64,000 bases of DNA from an uncultured bacterium (lineage in GTDB: Bacteria; JAGOEH01), in the NCBI GenBank assembly GCA_964632485.1, contig CAZWDO010000006.1, forward strand, positions 124,001 to 188,000, given 5' to 3'. Below, piece after piece: positions 39,078-49,498 of this stretch (the first letter of the stretch is position 1; the number at the start of each line of letters is the position of its first letter). The notes below the pieces were generated by a model, which ran no database searches, was not told the origin of the DNA, and was given only the letters and a program-made list of their open reading frames with translations. The translations under genes were made by a program, and so were the position numbers.

Positions 39078-40737
39078 CCATGCGTTTACGGAATTCGCGG
39101 ATTTGCCCTTTTTATGCGAGATCAATGGCGATTCGATAACCTATCGACAAGGCCATCAAAAAATCAGGGAAATTCAACAAATTTTCAGAAAAAATAATTT
39201 ACGTCCGGGCGATAAAGTTGCCTTGTTGGGAAAAAACTCCATTCAATGGGGCCTGATCTATATTGCAGCGATTACCCATGGTATCGTCATTGTTCCTATT
39301 TTGCATGAATTTAATGCCTTGAACGTCCATAATATTATCAATATGTCGGACAGCAAACTGATCTTTATTTCAACTCAATATCTCGATAAAATTGAAAATA
39401 CTCAGTTTAAATATCTGGAAAAAGCGGTTTTAATCGAGGATTTCGAAGAGGTCGCCCTGCAGAGTATCCCTCTGATTATCCAGGAAATCAAACAACGGTT
39501 ATATCATTTTAGAGATTGGATTCATCAGTATATCCGGGAATATATCCACGCGGGCGAATCCCTGGACTATGAACCCAAACCGAATGAAATCGCCGCCATT
39601 GTTTATACTTCCGGGACAACTGGCAGTTCAAAAGGGGTTATCCTCACGCAAAACAATCTGGCAAGTGATGTGCAAGTTGCCGTGAAGTTCATCGACATCT
39701 GTGAAAAAGACCGGTTTTTATCGCTTTTGCCTTTAGCGCATACCTATGAGTGTTCGTTGGTCCTCTTCGGAGCCATGACAGGCGGCGCGGCGATTTATTA
39801 TCTTAAACAAAAACCCAGCCCCAAAGTGCTGATGGACGCTTTTTCGATTGTAAAACCGACTCTGGTGGCCTCGGTCCCTTTAATTATCGAAAAGATTTAT
39901 CGTAAACGTATTCAACCCCACATTGAAGGTAATTTCTGGTTGCGGCAAACGACCCATATCAATTTACTGCGGCGCGCGATCTATAAAAAAGCCGTGAAGG
40001 AACTTCTTAAGGCGTTGGGGGGAAATCTGCGATGGTTTGGCATCGGCGGCGCTCCACTTAATCCTGAAGTTGAACGCTTCCTTTTTGAGGGAGGTTTTCC
40101 TTATTCCATCGGATATGGTATGACTGAGTGTTCTCCCTTAATTACCGGTTCCTCAGTGAGTGACAAAAAAAAAGGCAGTTGCGGCTTTCCAGTCGAAGGA
40201 ATTGAAATCAGAATTGCTGATCCCGATCCAAAAAATGGGGTTGGAGAAGTCCAGGTACGGGGTCCAATTGTCACCCAGGGTTATTATCGCAACGCCGAGG
40301 AGACCGCTCGTCTTTTCACGGCTGATGGCTTTCTTAAAACCGGAGATTTGGGGTATATCAAAAAAAATTATCTCTACTTAAAAGGGCGGAGTAAAAATAT
40401 GATTCTGGGTCCCAGTGGTGAAAATATTTATCCGGAAGAAATTGAGCAACTATTGAATCAAAATCCCGCTATTCTCGAATCATTAATTTTGTATAAAAAC
40501 AACCGCTTACGCGCCCTGCTTTTTCCCGATTACGATTTTCTCAGGCAGGAGCTGGATATGTTCGATCAGGATGATCAGAAAATCAAGGAGAAAATGGATA
40601 ATTATTTTCAGTCAATTTTTAGCGCCTTTAATCATCATTTGCCTGAATTCTCCCGAATAAGTGAATGGCGACTGATGGATGAGGAGTTTGAAAAAACTCC
40701 GACCCAAAAAATTAAGCGTTTTATTTATAACGATTAA
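39016..40737 (+). CDS. Long-chain-fatty-acid--CoA ligase
   Basis: YTSGTTGSSKG, LPLAHTYE, GYGMTECSP, TGDLG and GRSKNMILGPSGENIYPEEIE motifs. Confidence 0.92.
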   Translation: MNRTNFQEKRPVFTTLAELVNHAFTEFADLPFLCEINGDSITYRQGHQKIREIQQIFRKNNLRPGDKVALLGKNSIQWGLIYIAAITHGIVIVPILHEFNALNVHNIINMSDSKLIFISTQYLDKIENTQFKYLEKAVLIEDFEEVALQSIPLIIQEIKQRLYHFRDWIHQYIREYIHAGESLDYEPKPNEIAAIVYTSGTTGSSKGVILTQNNLASDVQVAVKFIDICEKDRFLSLLPLAHTYECSLVLFGAMTGGAAIYYLKQKPSPKVLMDAFSIVKPTLVASVPLIIEKIYRKRIQPHIEGNFWLRQTTHINLLRRAIYKKAVKELLKALGGNLRWFGIGGAPLNPEVERFLFEGGFPYSIGYGMTECSPLITGSSVSDKKKGSCGFPVEGIEIRIADPDPKNGVGEVQVRGPIVTQGYYRNAEETARLFTADGFLKTGDLGYIKKNYLYLKGRSKNMILGPSGENIYPEEIEQLLNQNPAILESLILYKNNRLRALLFPDYDFLRQELDMFDQDDQKIKEKMDNYFQSIFSAFNHHLPEFSRISEWRLMDEEFEKTPTQKIKRFIYND

Positions 40738-40754
40738 ATGTAAAGGAGTAACCA

Positions 40755-42665
40755 TTGGCCGTGTTGGAGAATTTGGATTCCATCGAACAATTGAGGAAAC
40801 TGGGTTTAGATGAGTTAAAAATTATCGCCCAGGAAATTCGAGATTATATCGTCCAGGTAGTTTCTGTGAATGGCGGGCATCTGGCATCCAGCTTAGGAGT
40901 TGTTGAGTTGACGCTGGCTTTACATTATGTGTTTAATACGCCGATGGACCGGATTGTCTGGGATGTTGGACATCAGGCGTATGCCCATAAGATATTGACG
41001 GGCCGGCGCGATCAATTCTCCACAATCCGGCTATATGGCGGCTTAAGCGGGTTCCCTAAACGCGAGGAGAGTCCCTTCGACGCCTTTGATGTAGGGCATA
41101 GCAGCACATCTATCTCTGCTGGTTATGGGATGGTGGTGGCGCGCGATTTGCTGCATCAAAATCATAAGATTATCTCCGTTATTGGGGATGGATCGCTGAC
41201 CGCCGGGTTGGCATTCGAAGGTCTGAATAATGCCGGAGGGAGTAATCGTGATTATATTGTAATTTTAAATGATAATCGGATCAGTATCTCAAAAAATGTG
41301 GGCGCTCTTTCCAAGTATTTGACTGAAATATTGGCGAATCCTTCCTATAATCGCATTAAAAAAGATATCTGGCTGGCCATGGAACGTTTCGAATTCGCTA
41401 AGGAAATTGTTCGGCCGTTGATTAGCCATATTGATAAAATTTTAAAGAGCTTATTGGTTCCGGGAATGATGTTCGAGCACTTCGGGTTTCGTTATTTTGG
41501 ACCCATTGACGGACATGACATCCCTTTATTGATTGATACGTTTAAGAAGATCAACCAGTTGTCGGGTTCAATTTTTGTTCATATTATTACGACTAAAGGG
41601 AAAGGTTTTGAATTTGCCGAAGCTGATGCTGAAAAATATCATGGCATCGGAGGCACCCGTAACAAAAAAAATACTTCTACTCCGACCTTTACTGAAATAT
41701 TTGGAAAGACTATAGTCCGACTTGCCGAAGACGATACGCGTGTTTTGGCGATAACGGCGGCAATGGGTCATCATGGCGGGTTGACTGAGTTTTCCCGGCG
41801 TTTTCCAGAACGATTTTTTGATGTGGGAATTGCAGAACCCCATGCGCTGACCTTTGCCGCTGGTTTGGCGATTGAGCGTCGGTTGAAACCTGTCGTCATG
41901 ATGTATAATACATTTTTACAGCGAGCGTACGATGCTCTGATCCATGATATCGCGCTGCAAAAAGCGCCAGTCGTTCTGGCCATTGACCGTACCGGACTCG
42001 TCGGCGCCGATGGCCCCACTCATCACGGTCAATTGGGATTTTCTTTTTTACGGGCTGTTCCCAACCTGATCATCGCGGTTCCCAGTAATGAAAACCAACT
42101 TCAAAATCTGCTTTATACCGCAGTTTATTATCCGCATGGTCCATTTGCTATCCTTTATCCACGTTCACCGATTATGGGCGTCGAGCTATCGCATCAATTT
42201 GAGGAAATGCCTGTTGGAAAGGGAATTTGTTACCGTCAGGGTGAAGACATCACAATCATAGCAATTGGCACAATGGTCGCTACTGCTGTTGCTGTTGCCT
42301 CTATGCTGGAAAATTATTTCGATATCTCTGTTAGTGTTATCGATTTGGTCTATATTAAACCATTAGATGAAGATTTACTGGAAAAAGTATTTGAGCAAAA
42401 AGCGGCCCGACGCCTGGTTTTTTTGGAAGAAAACACAATTATGGGTGGATTTAGCTCCGCTGTTCTTGAATTCCTGGTTGATCGGCAACATCCAATTCCG
42501 GCTATTTTGCGCATTGGCCTGCCCGATCGATTTATCACGCATGGCACTGTACAGGACCTTTACCGGGAATTAAAACTGATGCCTGAACAAGTATTAAAAA
42601 GTATTTTAGAGCGGTTTTACCCTCGGAAGCTTCAGACTTTTTATGAAAATTTTAATTTGGCCTAA
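40755..42665 (+). CDS. dxs: 1-deoxy-D-xylulose-5-phosphate synthase
   Basis: GGHLASSLG, WDVGHQ, GHSSTSIS, IGDG, LNDN, DVGIAE and DGPTHHG motifs. Confidence 0.97.
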   Translation: MAVLENLDSIEQLRKLGLDELKIIAQEIRDYIVQVVSVNGGHLASSLGVVELTLALHYVFNTPMDRIVWDVGHQAYAHKILTGRRDQFSTIRLYGGLSGFPKREESPFDAFDVGHSSTSISAGYGMVVARDLLHQNHKIISVIGDGSLTAGLAFEGLNNAGGSNRDYIVILNDNRISISKNVGALSKYLTEILANPSYNRIKKDIWLAMERFEFAKEIVRPLISHIDKILKSLLVPGMMFEHFGFRYFGPIDGHDIPLLIDTFKKINQLSGSIFVHIITTKGKGFEFAEADAEKYHGIGGTRNKKNTSTPTFTEIFGKTIVRLAEDDTRVLAITAAMGHHGGLTEFSRRFPERFFDVGIAEPHALTFAAGLAIERRLKPVVMMYNTFLQRAYDALIHDIALQKAPVVLAIDRTGLVGADGPTHHGQLGFSFLRAVPNLIIAVPSNENQLQNLLYTAVYYPHGPFAILYPRSPIMGVELSHQFEEMPVGKGICYRQGEDITIIAIGTMVATAVAVASMLENYFDISVSVIDLVYIKPLDEDLLEKVFEQKAARRLVFLEENTIMGGFSSAVLEFLVDRQHPIPAILRIGLPDRFITHGTVQDLYRELKLMPEQVLKSILERFYPRKLQTFYENFNLA

Positions 42666-43524
42666 TTACCAAAAAAAAGAGGTCTATCCTTTTCTTTCAC
42701 GACTTGAAACGTTTTTACATAACCATTCCGTTTCATTTATTAAAGCCGGGGAAGAACATTTCAACCAGTCGCACTCTTTTATAGCCCAATCCAACCCTGA
42801 ATGGCAGGACTCGGATATGATTTTAACGATCGGGGGCGATGGAACGTTTCTTACAGCCGCGCATTGGTCGGTTGAATTTGATATTCCATTGTGGGGTATT
42901 AATTTGGGGCGAATGGGCTTTTTAACAGATATCAATGAAGAGGATACGTTTACCTATCTTCAACAAGTTTTGCTTGGGCACTATTATCTGGAATCCCGTT
43001 TTCTTATTTCGTTTCATACTCAGTTGGATGATCATCCGGAAAGACTGCTGGCAGTCAATGATATTGTCATCGAAAAGGGTAATTTTAGCCGGCCGGTTGA
43101 AATGTCATTGTTCGCTAATAAGCGGTTTATTGTTACTTTTGATGCTGACGGAGTGATTTTTGCAACTCCTACCGGTTCTACCGCCTATTCGCTTTCTGCC
43201 GGCGGACCGATTTTACCGCCCGAAAGTGAGGGGATATTAGTAACTCCCATCTGCGCCCATACCCTGGCATTACGTCCTATGTTTTTTAACCGGGCCACTA
43301 TTTTGGAAACCCAAGTCGAATTTTCCCATAGCCACATCGTCTTGAATGTCGATGGGCAATATCGGTTTCAATTGCCCAACCGAAGTCGAATTACAATTCA
43401 TTCTTCCAATAAAAAACTCAAGCTAATCCGCGTAAAAGAATTTGATTTTTATCAGGTCTTACGCGACAAATTAAATTGGGGATGCGTTGGACGAAGAAAA
43501 ACGGAGAAAAAATATTTTTCATGA
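42643..43524 (+). CDS. nadK: NAD kinase
   Basis: GGDGTFL, GINLGRMGFL, ND and DGVIFATPTGSTAYSLSAGGP motifs. Confidence 0.96.
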   Translation: MKILIWPNYQKKEVYPFLSRLETFLHNHSVSFIKAGEEHFNQSHSFIAQSNPEWQDSDMILTIGGDGTFLTAAHWSVEFDIPLWGINLGRMGFLTDINEEDTFTYLQQVLLGHYYLESRFLISFHTQLDDHPERLLAVNDIVIEKGNFSRPVEMSLFANKRFIVTFDADGVIFATPTGSTAYSLSAGGPILPPESEGILVTPICAHTLALRPMFFNRATILETQVEFSHSHIVLNVDGQYRFQLPNRSRITIHSSNKKLKLIRVKEFDFYQVLRDKLNWGCVGRRKTEKKYFS

Positions 43525-43575
43525 TGGTTTAGTTAAAACCCGTTATCCGAGTATTTCTTTTAGAAAGAGGACAAA

Positions 43576-44901
43576 ATGAAAAAACCAGCTCGTTTGATCC
43601 TGGTTTTATCCCTGCTGCCGTTGAGTTGGTTGATAGTAATTCTGGTTATTTTTTTATTTAAAATTAACACCTATGATCATCAGCGGCAAGTTTTTTCTTT
43701 TAGGCAAATAATTTTGCCTGAAGAGTTTTACCAGGATCACCGGATCGGATTCGCAACAGTCGAAATAACTCCTCTTTTTTTTGATAGTTTGTCTGGAGAT
43801 GGATTACCGAATCATTTCTCAACTCTTTCTGCAAATGAATTTTACGATCGCAATGGCAATGGCGTTTTCGATGGTCTTTTTCGCAGTTCGTCTCATAGGA
43901 CCATTCCGATTCGGTGTATAGATGAAACTCTCTGGGCGACTTTGTGTTTTCTTGAAACGGATAATATTAAAATCGCAATTTTAAGTTTTGACGGGAATGG
44001 TATTTCACCCTTTCTCTATGATCTATTGGGAAAAAAACTACGAGCCGGATTTCAAATCGATTTTTTAATCGTGATGCCCAGTCGGGAATATCATGTCCCC
44101 GACTTAACCCGGCAACGAATTCCTCCCTGGAGTTCAGATCTGGCCCATCAGCTCTATCAGGATTATTTTATCGGGCAGATTCGTGAAGCAGCATTGGCCG
44201 CGGAGAAAAAAATGACCCCTTTTTCCCTTAAAGTTTATCGACAATCGACTAATTTAATGGTGTATCGATTTTTTTCTTCGAATGAGCCTGTTTTAGGAGA
44301 TTGGATCGTTACACGTCAAATTGGATCTGTCGATGATGACGGGGAGTGTGTCGATGGTGGTATGTTCCATGCCATCCGGGAACGTTCCCGTCTCCAGGGT
44401 AATTCTAATCTTTGTTTTTTTATCGGCTATGACCCTAAACAGCGATATACCTCCTGGGTCAATAGTCTATATTCCCTGATACCGGATTCAACAAATTGGC
44501 ATCGCCAGGATAGCATCGATTTTGCCATAGATGCCAGCAATCTTGTATTACCCCTGGAATGGAACCAGTTATTCGCTCTTTATGACAACGGCAATATCCA
44601 ACGTTCGCTTTATCGGTTTAATAGTCTTACTACCCAGATCTCATTATTAAAATTCGGGGATATTTTTTATTTGAATTCCCCCTTTGATTATACTCCCGAT
44701 TTTTATAAGCAAATTGAGAGTTTTTTATCTAATGTCCCCGGAGAGTATTATTTGATCTCCCGCGTGAATGATTTTCCACCTTTTGTCATTGATAGAAATT
44801 CTGAGCACTCATTTAAAATTATGAGAGGTTTTCAAAATATGATCCAGAATTATCAGATTGAAAATATCATTGAAGAAGAAGAAAAGGAGATTGATCCATG
44901 A
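43576..44901 (+). CDS. Membrane-anchored hypothetical protein, possibly a degenerate neutral-ceramidase-like fold
   Basis: N-terminal TM helix; IGFATVEITP, DRNGNGVFDG, LWATLCFL...IAILSFD and HVPDL segments. Family call is weak. Confidence 0.5.
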   Translation: MKKPARLILVLSLLPLSWLIVILVIFLFKINTYDHQRQVFSFRQIILPEEFYQDHRIGFATVEITPLFFDSLSGDGLPNHFSTLSANEFYDRNGNGVFDGLFRSSSHRTIPIRCIDETLWATLCFLETDNIKIAILSFDGNGISPFLYDLLGKKLRAGFQIDFLIVMPSREYHVPDLTRQRIPPWSSDLAHQLYQDYFIGQIREAALAAEKKMTPFSLKVYRQSTNLMVYRFFSSNEPVLGDWIVTRQIGSVDDDGECVDGGMFHAIRERSRLQGNSNLCFFIGYDPKQRYTSWVNSLYSLIPDSTNWHRQDSIDFAIDASNLVLPLEWNQLFALYDNGNIQRSLYRFNSLTTQISLLKFGDIFYLNSPFDYTPDFYKQIESFLSNVPGEYYLISRVNDFPPFVIDRNSEHSFKIMRGFQNMIQNYQIENIIEEEEKEIDP

Positions 44902-45380
44902 ATATTGAGTTAATTCAAATCGAAAATCCGATGAGTTATAATTTAATTCTCGGACAGAGTCATTTTATCAAAACGGTCGAAGACCTTTATGAAATAGTGG
45001 CAACCAATGTCCCCGGAGCAAAATTCGGAGTGGCATTCAATGAAGCTTCAGGTCCTTGTCTGACGCGTTTCAGCGGCACTGATCCTGAATTGATCGACTT
45101 GGCGGTAGATAATATTCAGCGCATCGGCGCTGGACATCTTTTTCTGATTTTTATGAAAGACTTTTTCCCGATTCATGTTTTAAACGCTATAAAATTTTGT
45201 CCGGAAGTAGTATCAATTTTTTGCGCCACAGCTAATCCGCTTAAAGTCGTTGCGCTCCGTGATGAAGACGGCGCTGGAGTTTTAGGAGTTATCGACGGTT
45301 TTTCTCCGAAAGGAATCGAAGATACCGAAGCGATCCAACTTCGTAAGGATTTTTTGCGCAAAATCGGGTATAAGCAATGA
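44898..45380 (+). CDS. Adenosine-specific kinase family (DUF355)
   Basis: ILGQSHFIKTVEDL, AFNEASGPCL, CATANP, GVIDG and LRKIGYK motifs. Confidence 0.9.
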   Translation: MNIELIQIENPMSYNLILGQSHFIKTVEDLYEIVATNVPGAKFGVAFNEASGPCLTRFSGTDPELIDLAVDNIQRIGAGHLFLIFMKDFFPIHVLNAIKFCPEVVSIFCATANPLKVVALRDEDGAGVLGVIDGFSPKGIEDTEAIQLRKDFLRKIGYKQ

Positions 45381-45877
45381 TGCCGGCGTCTGATATAAAT
45401 GTGTCTAAACACGCGGCTATTCTTCTTAAAATATTAAATAAAATTACTCTTTTTAATGGATTGAATAATGGATCGAAACTCAGTCTTATTTCAATCTGCA
45501 AGGAACATCGATTTGAAGAAGGAGAAATTATTTTTTGCCTGAATGATGAATCAGATCGAATGTATATTGTCATTACGGGATATATTGATGTGATTCTGGC
45601 GAATAATCAAGTTGTGGCGACGATTAAACCCAACAGTATGTTTGGCGAAATGGGGGTTTTCTCCGGAGAAAAAAGAAGCGCTACTGTTATTGCCCGTACA
45701 CGAACGGTTTGCTTTTCTATCGAACGAAAAGGACTTGATTCCCTATTGCTGAAAAATGCGGTTCTGGGACGAGATCTGCTGCGGAATGTCGTCACGATGC
45801 TGGCAGCTAAAATTAATGAGAATAACATCATGATCGAAGAACTAACCAAAGAACTGGAGACGAAAAATCGTGTTTAA
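45377..45877 (+). CDS. Cyclic-nucleotide-binding domain protein
   Basis: GEIIF, MYIVITG, FGEMG and RSATV motifs; no HTH domain. Confidence 0.88.
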   Translation: MMPASDINVSKHAAILLKILNKITLFNGLNNGSKLSLISICKEHRFEEGEIIFCLNDESDRMYIVITGYIDVILANNQVVATIKPNSMFGEMGVFSGEKRSATVIARTRTVCFSIERKGLDSLLLKNAVLGRDLLRNVVTMLAAKINENNIMIEELTKELETKNRV

Positions 45878-46556
45878 AAAATTTATTTTTTTATTTATGT
45901 TCATTGTCATTATTTTTAGTATTAATTGTAAAAAAACTGATATAGCGAATGCAAAGATGCAATATAATCCCGATAGTCTGTTGAATCCCGGGTATCTCTA
46001 TGCCAAATTCGCTCAAAATCCCCAGGATTCCGTGCTGGTTTTTGCTTTAGCAGAGAATTATTATCTGGCCCAACAGTATGATTCATCAGTTAAATACTAT
46101 CATTTGCTTACCCAAATAGCGCAGCGTAGCGCTAAATTGTATAATTCCATCGGCAATTGTTATACGGGGCTTGCTAATTATCGTGACGCAAAAACTTATT
46201 ATCAGATGTCTATAAGGACAGACCCCAACTATATTCCTCCCGCTGTCAATTTGGCTAATACGTTTCGATCGATAGGAATGATCGAAGAAGCCAAGACCCA
46301 ATATCTCCAGGTGATCGAAAAAGATCCTGGCTATTGGATTGCGTATATCAATCTTGGCCATATTTATTTCCAGGGCAAAACTCCGGATGATTTGAAAAAA
46401 GCCCGGGAGAATTATCAAAATGCCTATGAGAAGATCAACCAGACTCAATTGTCTGATTCAACGAAAGCAAGTTATCAAATTATGTTGACGAATTCGATAA
46501 CAATTTGTGATTCACTTTTGGATGTATTAAATCCCAAACGACCATACGAAAAATAA
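45870..46556 (+). CDS. TPR-containing lipoprotein
   Basis: Signal peptide ending SINC; TPR repeats (LYNSIGNCY, AVNLANTF, AYINLGHIY). Confidence 0.8.
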   Translation: MFKKFIFLFMFIVIIFSINCKKTDIANAKMQYNPDSLLNPGYLYAKFAQNPQDSVLVFALAENYYLAQQYDSSVKYYHLLTQIAQRSAKLYNSIGNCYTGLANYRDAKTYYQMSIRTDPNYIPPAVNLANTFRSIGMIEEAKTQYLQVIEKDPGYWIAYINLGHIYFQGKTPDDLKKARENYQNAYEKINQTQLSDSTKASYQIMLTNSITICDSLLDVLNPKRPYEK

Positions 46557-46577
46557 CCGGAATAAAAGGAGCGAGGC

Positions 46578-48257
46578 ATGCGACTGGTTGAATGTGTACC
46601 CAATTTCAGTGAAGGGCGGGATGCCCGCATTATTGATGCGATTACATCGGCGGCTCTAAGTGTCGATGGGGTTCGGGTGTTGGATGTGGATATGGGCCAT
46701 GATACCAATCGTACAGTGGTAACGATGGTAGGTTCTCCGGAAACGATCGGTGACGGAGTATTTGCCGCCATGCGGGAGGCGGCGCGTTTGATCGATATGA
46801 GCAAACATAAGGGGACCCACCCTCGTATCGGCGCTATAGATGTTTGTCCGTTTATTCCCGTAAGTGAAATTTCAATGGAAGAATGTATTACAATTGCGGA
46901 ATCCCTGGGCGAACGAGTCACCCAAGAATTAGGAATTCCCGTTTATCTTTATGAATATGCTGCCCGAAATGAACGTCGGTGTAATCTCGCCACGATTCGG
47001 GAAGGGGAATATGAAGGACTGGCAGAGAAACTGAAACAGCCGGAATGGGCCCCTGATTTCGGCCATGCGGAAATGAATGCGCGTTCGGGGGCGGCTGTGA
47101 TTGGCGCTCGCGAATTCCTGATCGCTTACAATATCAACCTATCCACCCGCAATAAAAAAATTGCGGATGATATTGCCTTCGATATACGGGAGATAGGACG
47201 CGCTCGACGGGATATTAACGGAAAATTGCTATTTGATGAGAACGGTGAAAAAATATTCGATCCTGGTAAATTCAAAGCCGTTAAAGCGATCGGTTGGTAC
47301 ATTGAGAGCTTTGGTTGCGCCCAGATATCGATCAATTTTACCAATTATAAAATCAGTTCCTTGCACCAGGTCTTTGATGAGGTCTGCCGTCTCGCTGAAG
47401 CCCGCGGAGTTCGGGTGACCGGTAGTGAGCTGGTTGGTTTGATTCCTTTACAGGCGATAAAGGACGCTGGTATCCACTATCTGAAAAAACAAAACCAATC
47501 CATCGCTGTTCCGGAAAAAGAGATTATTGATATTGCTATTCGTTCTCTGGGATTGAATGACCTTTATCCATTTGATACTACTAAAAAAATTATTGAATAT
47601 ATAATCCGTAAGCCTCAGTCAGAACTTCTCTCCGAAAAAAAACTGAATGATTTTATTGATGAGCTTTCCTCCGATTCGCCTGCGCCGGGAGGTGGTTCAA
47701 TTGCCGCTCTCAATGGCGCTATTGCCAGCGCCTTGGGCGCTATGGTCGCCAATTTGACACATGGCAAAAAAGGATATGAACCGAATTGGAGTTCAATCGC
47801 TGAAACTGGATTTTGGCTTCAAACCCAAAAAAAAATGTTCCTGGATGATATTGATCGGGATACCGATAGTTTTAATGATGTAATGGCCGCTATTCGGTTG
47901 CCAAAGAAAACAGAAAATGAACGGCAATCGCGCCATAAGGCGATGCAACAGGCCTATCTTCATGCCACGCTCATCCCTTTTGAAGTGATGAATCGCGCCT
48001 TTTCTATGATTGATTCGCTGGCATTGATTATTGAACAAGGAAATCAGAATTCACTGAGCGATGCGGGTGTTGCAGCGCTGAATCTGCAAACCGCTTTGGA
48101 AAGCGCTTTTATGAATATACTGATTAATCTGCCTTCACTGGAAAACAGTAACTTGGTTAATGACTTAAAAACTGAGGCTACCACCTTGAAAGAAGAAGCG
48201 ATTCATCGAATTGAAGCGTTGAAGCGCAAAATCTATTCGCGGCTAATGCCTTCATGA
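46578..48257 (+). CDS. ftcD: Glutamate formimidoyltransferase / formiminotetrahydrofolate cyclodeaminase
   Basis: LVECVPNFSEGR, HPRIGAIDVCPF, IGAREFLIAYN and GSELVGLIP; C-terminal cyclodeaminase SPAPGGGS and NSLSDAGV. Confidence 0.94.
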   Translation: MRLVECVPNFSEGRDARIIDAITSAALSVDGVRVLDVDMGHDTNRTVVTMVGSPETIGDGVFAAMREAARLIDMSKHKGTHPRIGAIDVCPFIPVSEISMEECITIAESLGERVTQELGIPVYLYEYAARNERRCNLATIREGEYEGLAEKLKQPEWAPDFGHAEMNARSGAAVIGAREFLIAYNINLSTRNKKIADDIAFDIREIGRARRDINGKLLFDENGEKIFDPGKFKAVKAIGWYIESFGCAQISINFTNYKISSLHQVFDEVCRLAEARGVRVTGSELVGLIPLQAIKDAGIHYLKKQNQSIAVPEKEIIDIAIRSLGLNDLYPFDTTKKIIEYIIRKPQSELLSEKKLNDFIDELSSDSPAPGGGSIAALNGAIASALGAMVANLTHGKKGYEPNWSSIAETGFWLQTQKKMFLDDIDRDTDSFNDVMAAIRLPKKTENERQSRHKAMQQAYLHATLIPFEVMNRAFSMIDSLALIIEQGNQNSLSDAGVAALNLQTALESAFMNILINLPSLENSNLVNDLKTEATTLKEEAIHRIEALKRKIYSRLMPS

Positions 48258-49498
48258 AGGTTCTCTATCTTTCCTATGATGGTCTCACCGACCCCCTGGG
48301 CCAATCCCAAGTATTGCCGTATCTTATCGAAAACAGCCACTTCGAAATTCAGTATCTATTAATGACCTTTGATAAAAAAGATAAAATCTCATTGAATGAA
48401 CTGGTCCGCTCTCTTGAGGATAGGGTTCGCAAGGCCGGGATTGTTTGGAAATCATTACGCTACCATAAACGATTCAGCCTGCTCGCTACGGCCTGGGATC
48501 TGTTTCGGGCATGGGTTTGGCTTTTTCCCCGCTATCGGTCCTTTGATGTGATCCACTGCCGGGGCTACGTGACCAGCATGATCGCTTTAGCTTTGATTGG
48601 CAAACAGGATGCCCCCCGTTTTATTTTTGACATGCGTGGATTCTGGCCGGAAGAAAAAACCGATGGTGGCAGTTGGGCCCCCCGTGGAATTGTGTTTCGG
48701 ATTGCGAAATATTTTGAAAATAAATATTTAGCCCACGCCCATGCTATTATTATTTTGACCCATGTTGGAAAGCAGTATATGCTCGATCATTCCTCCCAAT
48801 ACCCTACGCGCGCTCAGATCCATGTAATTCCGACCGCTGCCGATATGGATCATTTCGCGCTCGATATTGAAAAAAAACGTCTTCGTTACCAAAAATTACG
48901 TAATATGTCCCCCGATGATTGGGATCTTCGCCTAATCTATAGCGGATCACTAGGCACCTGGTACAAACCGGGGGAAATGCTGCTTTTTTTTACGCTTTTT
49001 AAAAAACGGTTTCCTCAATCGGTTTTTTGGGTTTTTACCAATCAACCCGAAATGGAATCCGATCTGCGTTATCAATTGCAGGAATTAGGCCGACGCTGTG
49101 GTTTAAAGGATGTGAATGACTCACTAATTTTAAAAAGTGTTTCCTATCACGACTTACCTAATTGTCTCAGCGAAGGAGATTTAGCGATTTCTTTTATTGA
49201 ACCCTGTTTCTCAAAACTCAGTTCTTTTCCAACCAAATTTGGTGAAACTTTAGCGTGTGGTTTACCTCAAATTATTAACGCGGGGATTGGAGATACCGGT
49301 GATATCGTCACGAGAGAACAACTCGGGATTGTTTTAACTCAGTTTAAAGAAACCGAGTATCAACTTGCCATTGACACGATTCCAAACTTGTTCGATCAGA
49401 ATATATATGAGAAATGTCGATTGGCAGCAGAAAAATATTTGGATCTGAAAAAACTATCCAGCCATATTCGAGAGGTATATCATGGCGTCACAAGATAA
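48254..49498 (+). CDS. Glycosyltransferase (GT4-like)
   Basis: LYLSYDGLTDPLGQSQVLPYL, IHCRGY, FDMRGFW.EE, YSGSLG and PTKFGETLACGLP motifs. Confidence 0.88.
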   Translation: MKVLYLSYDGLTDPLGQSQVLPYLIENSHFEIQYLLMTFDKKDKISLNELVRSLEDRVRKAGIVWKSLRYHKRFSLLATAWDLFRAWVWLFPRYRSFDVIHCRGYVTSMIALALIGKQDAPRFIFDMRGFWPEEKTDGGSWAPRGIVFRIAKYFENKYLAHAHAIIILTHVGKQYMLDHSSQYPTRAQIHVIPTAADMDHFALDIEKKRLRYQKLRNMSPDDWDLRLIYSGSLGTWYKPGEMLLFFTLFKKRFPQSVFWVFTNQPEMESDLRYQLQELGRRCGLKDVNDSLILKSVSYHDLPNCLSEGDLAISFIEPCFSKLSSFPTKFGETLACGLPQIINAGIGDTGDIVTREQLGIVLTQFKETEYQLAIDTIPNLFDQNIYEKCRLAAEKYLDLKKLSSHIREVYHGVTR

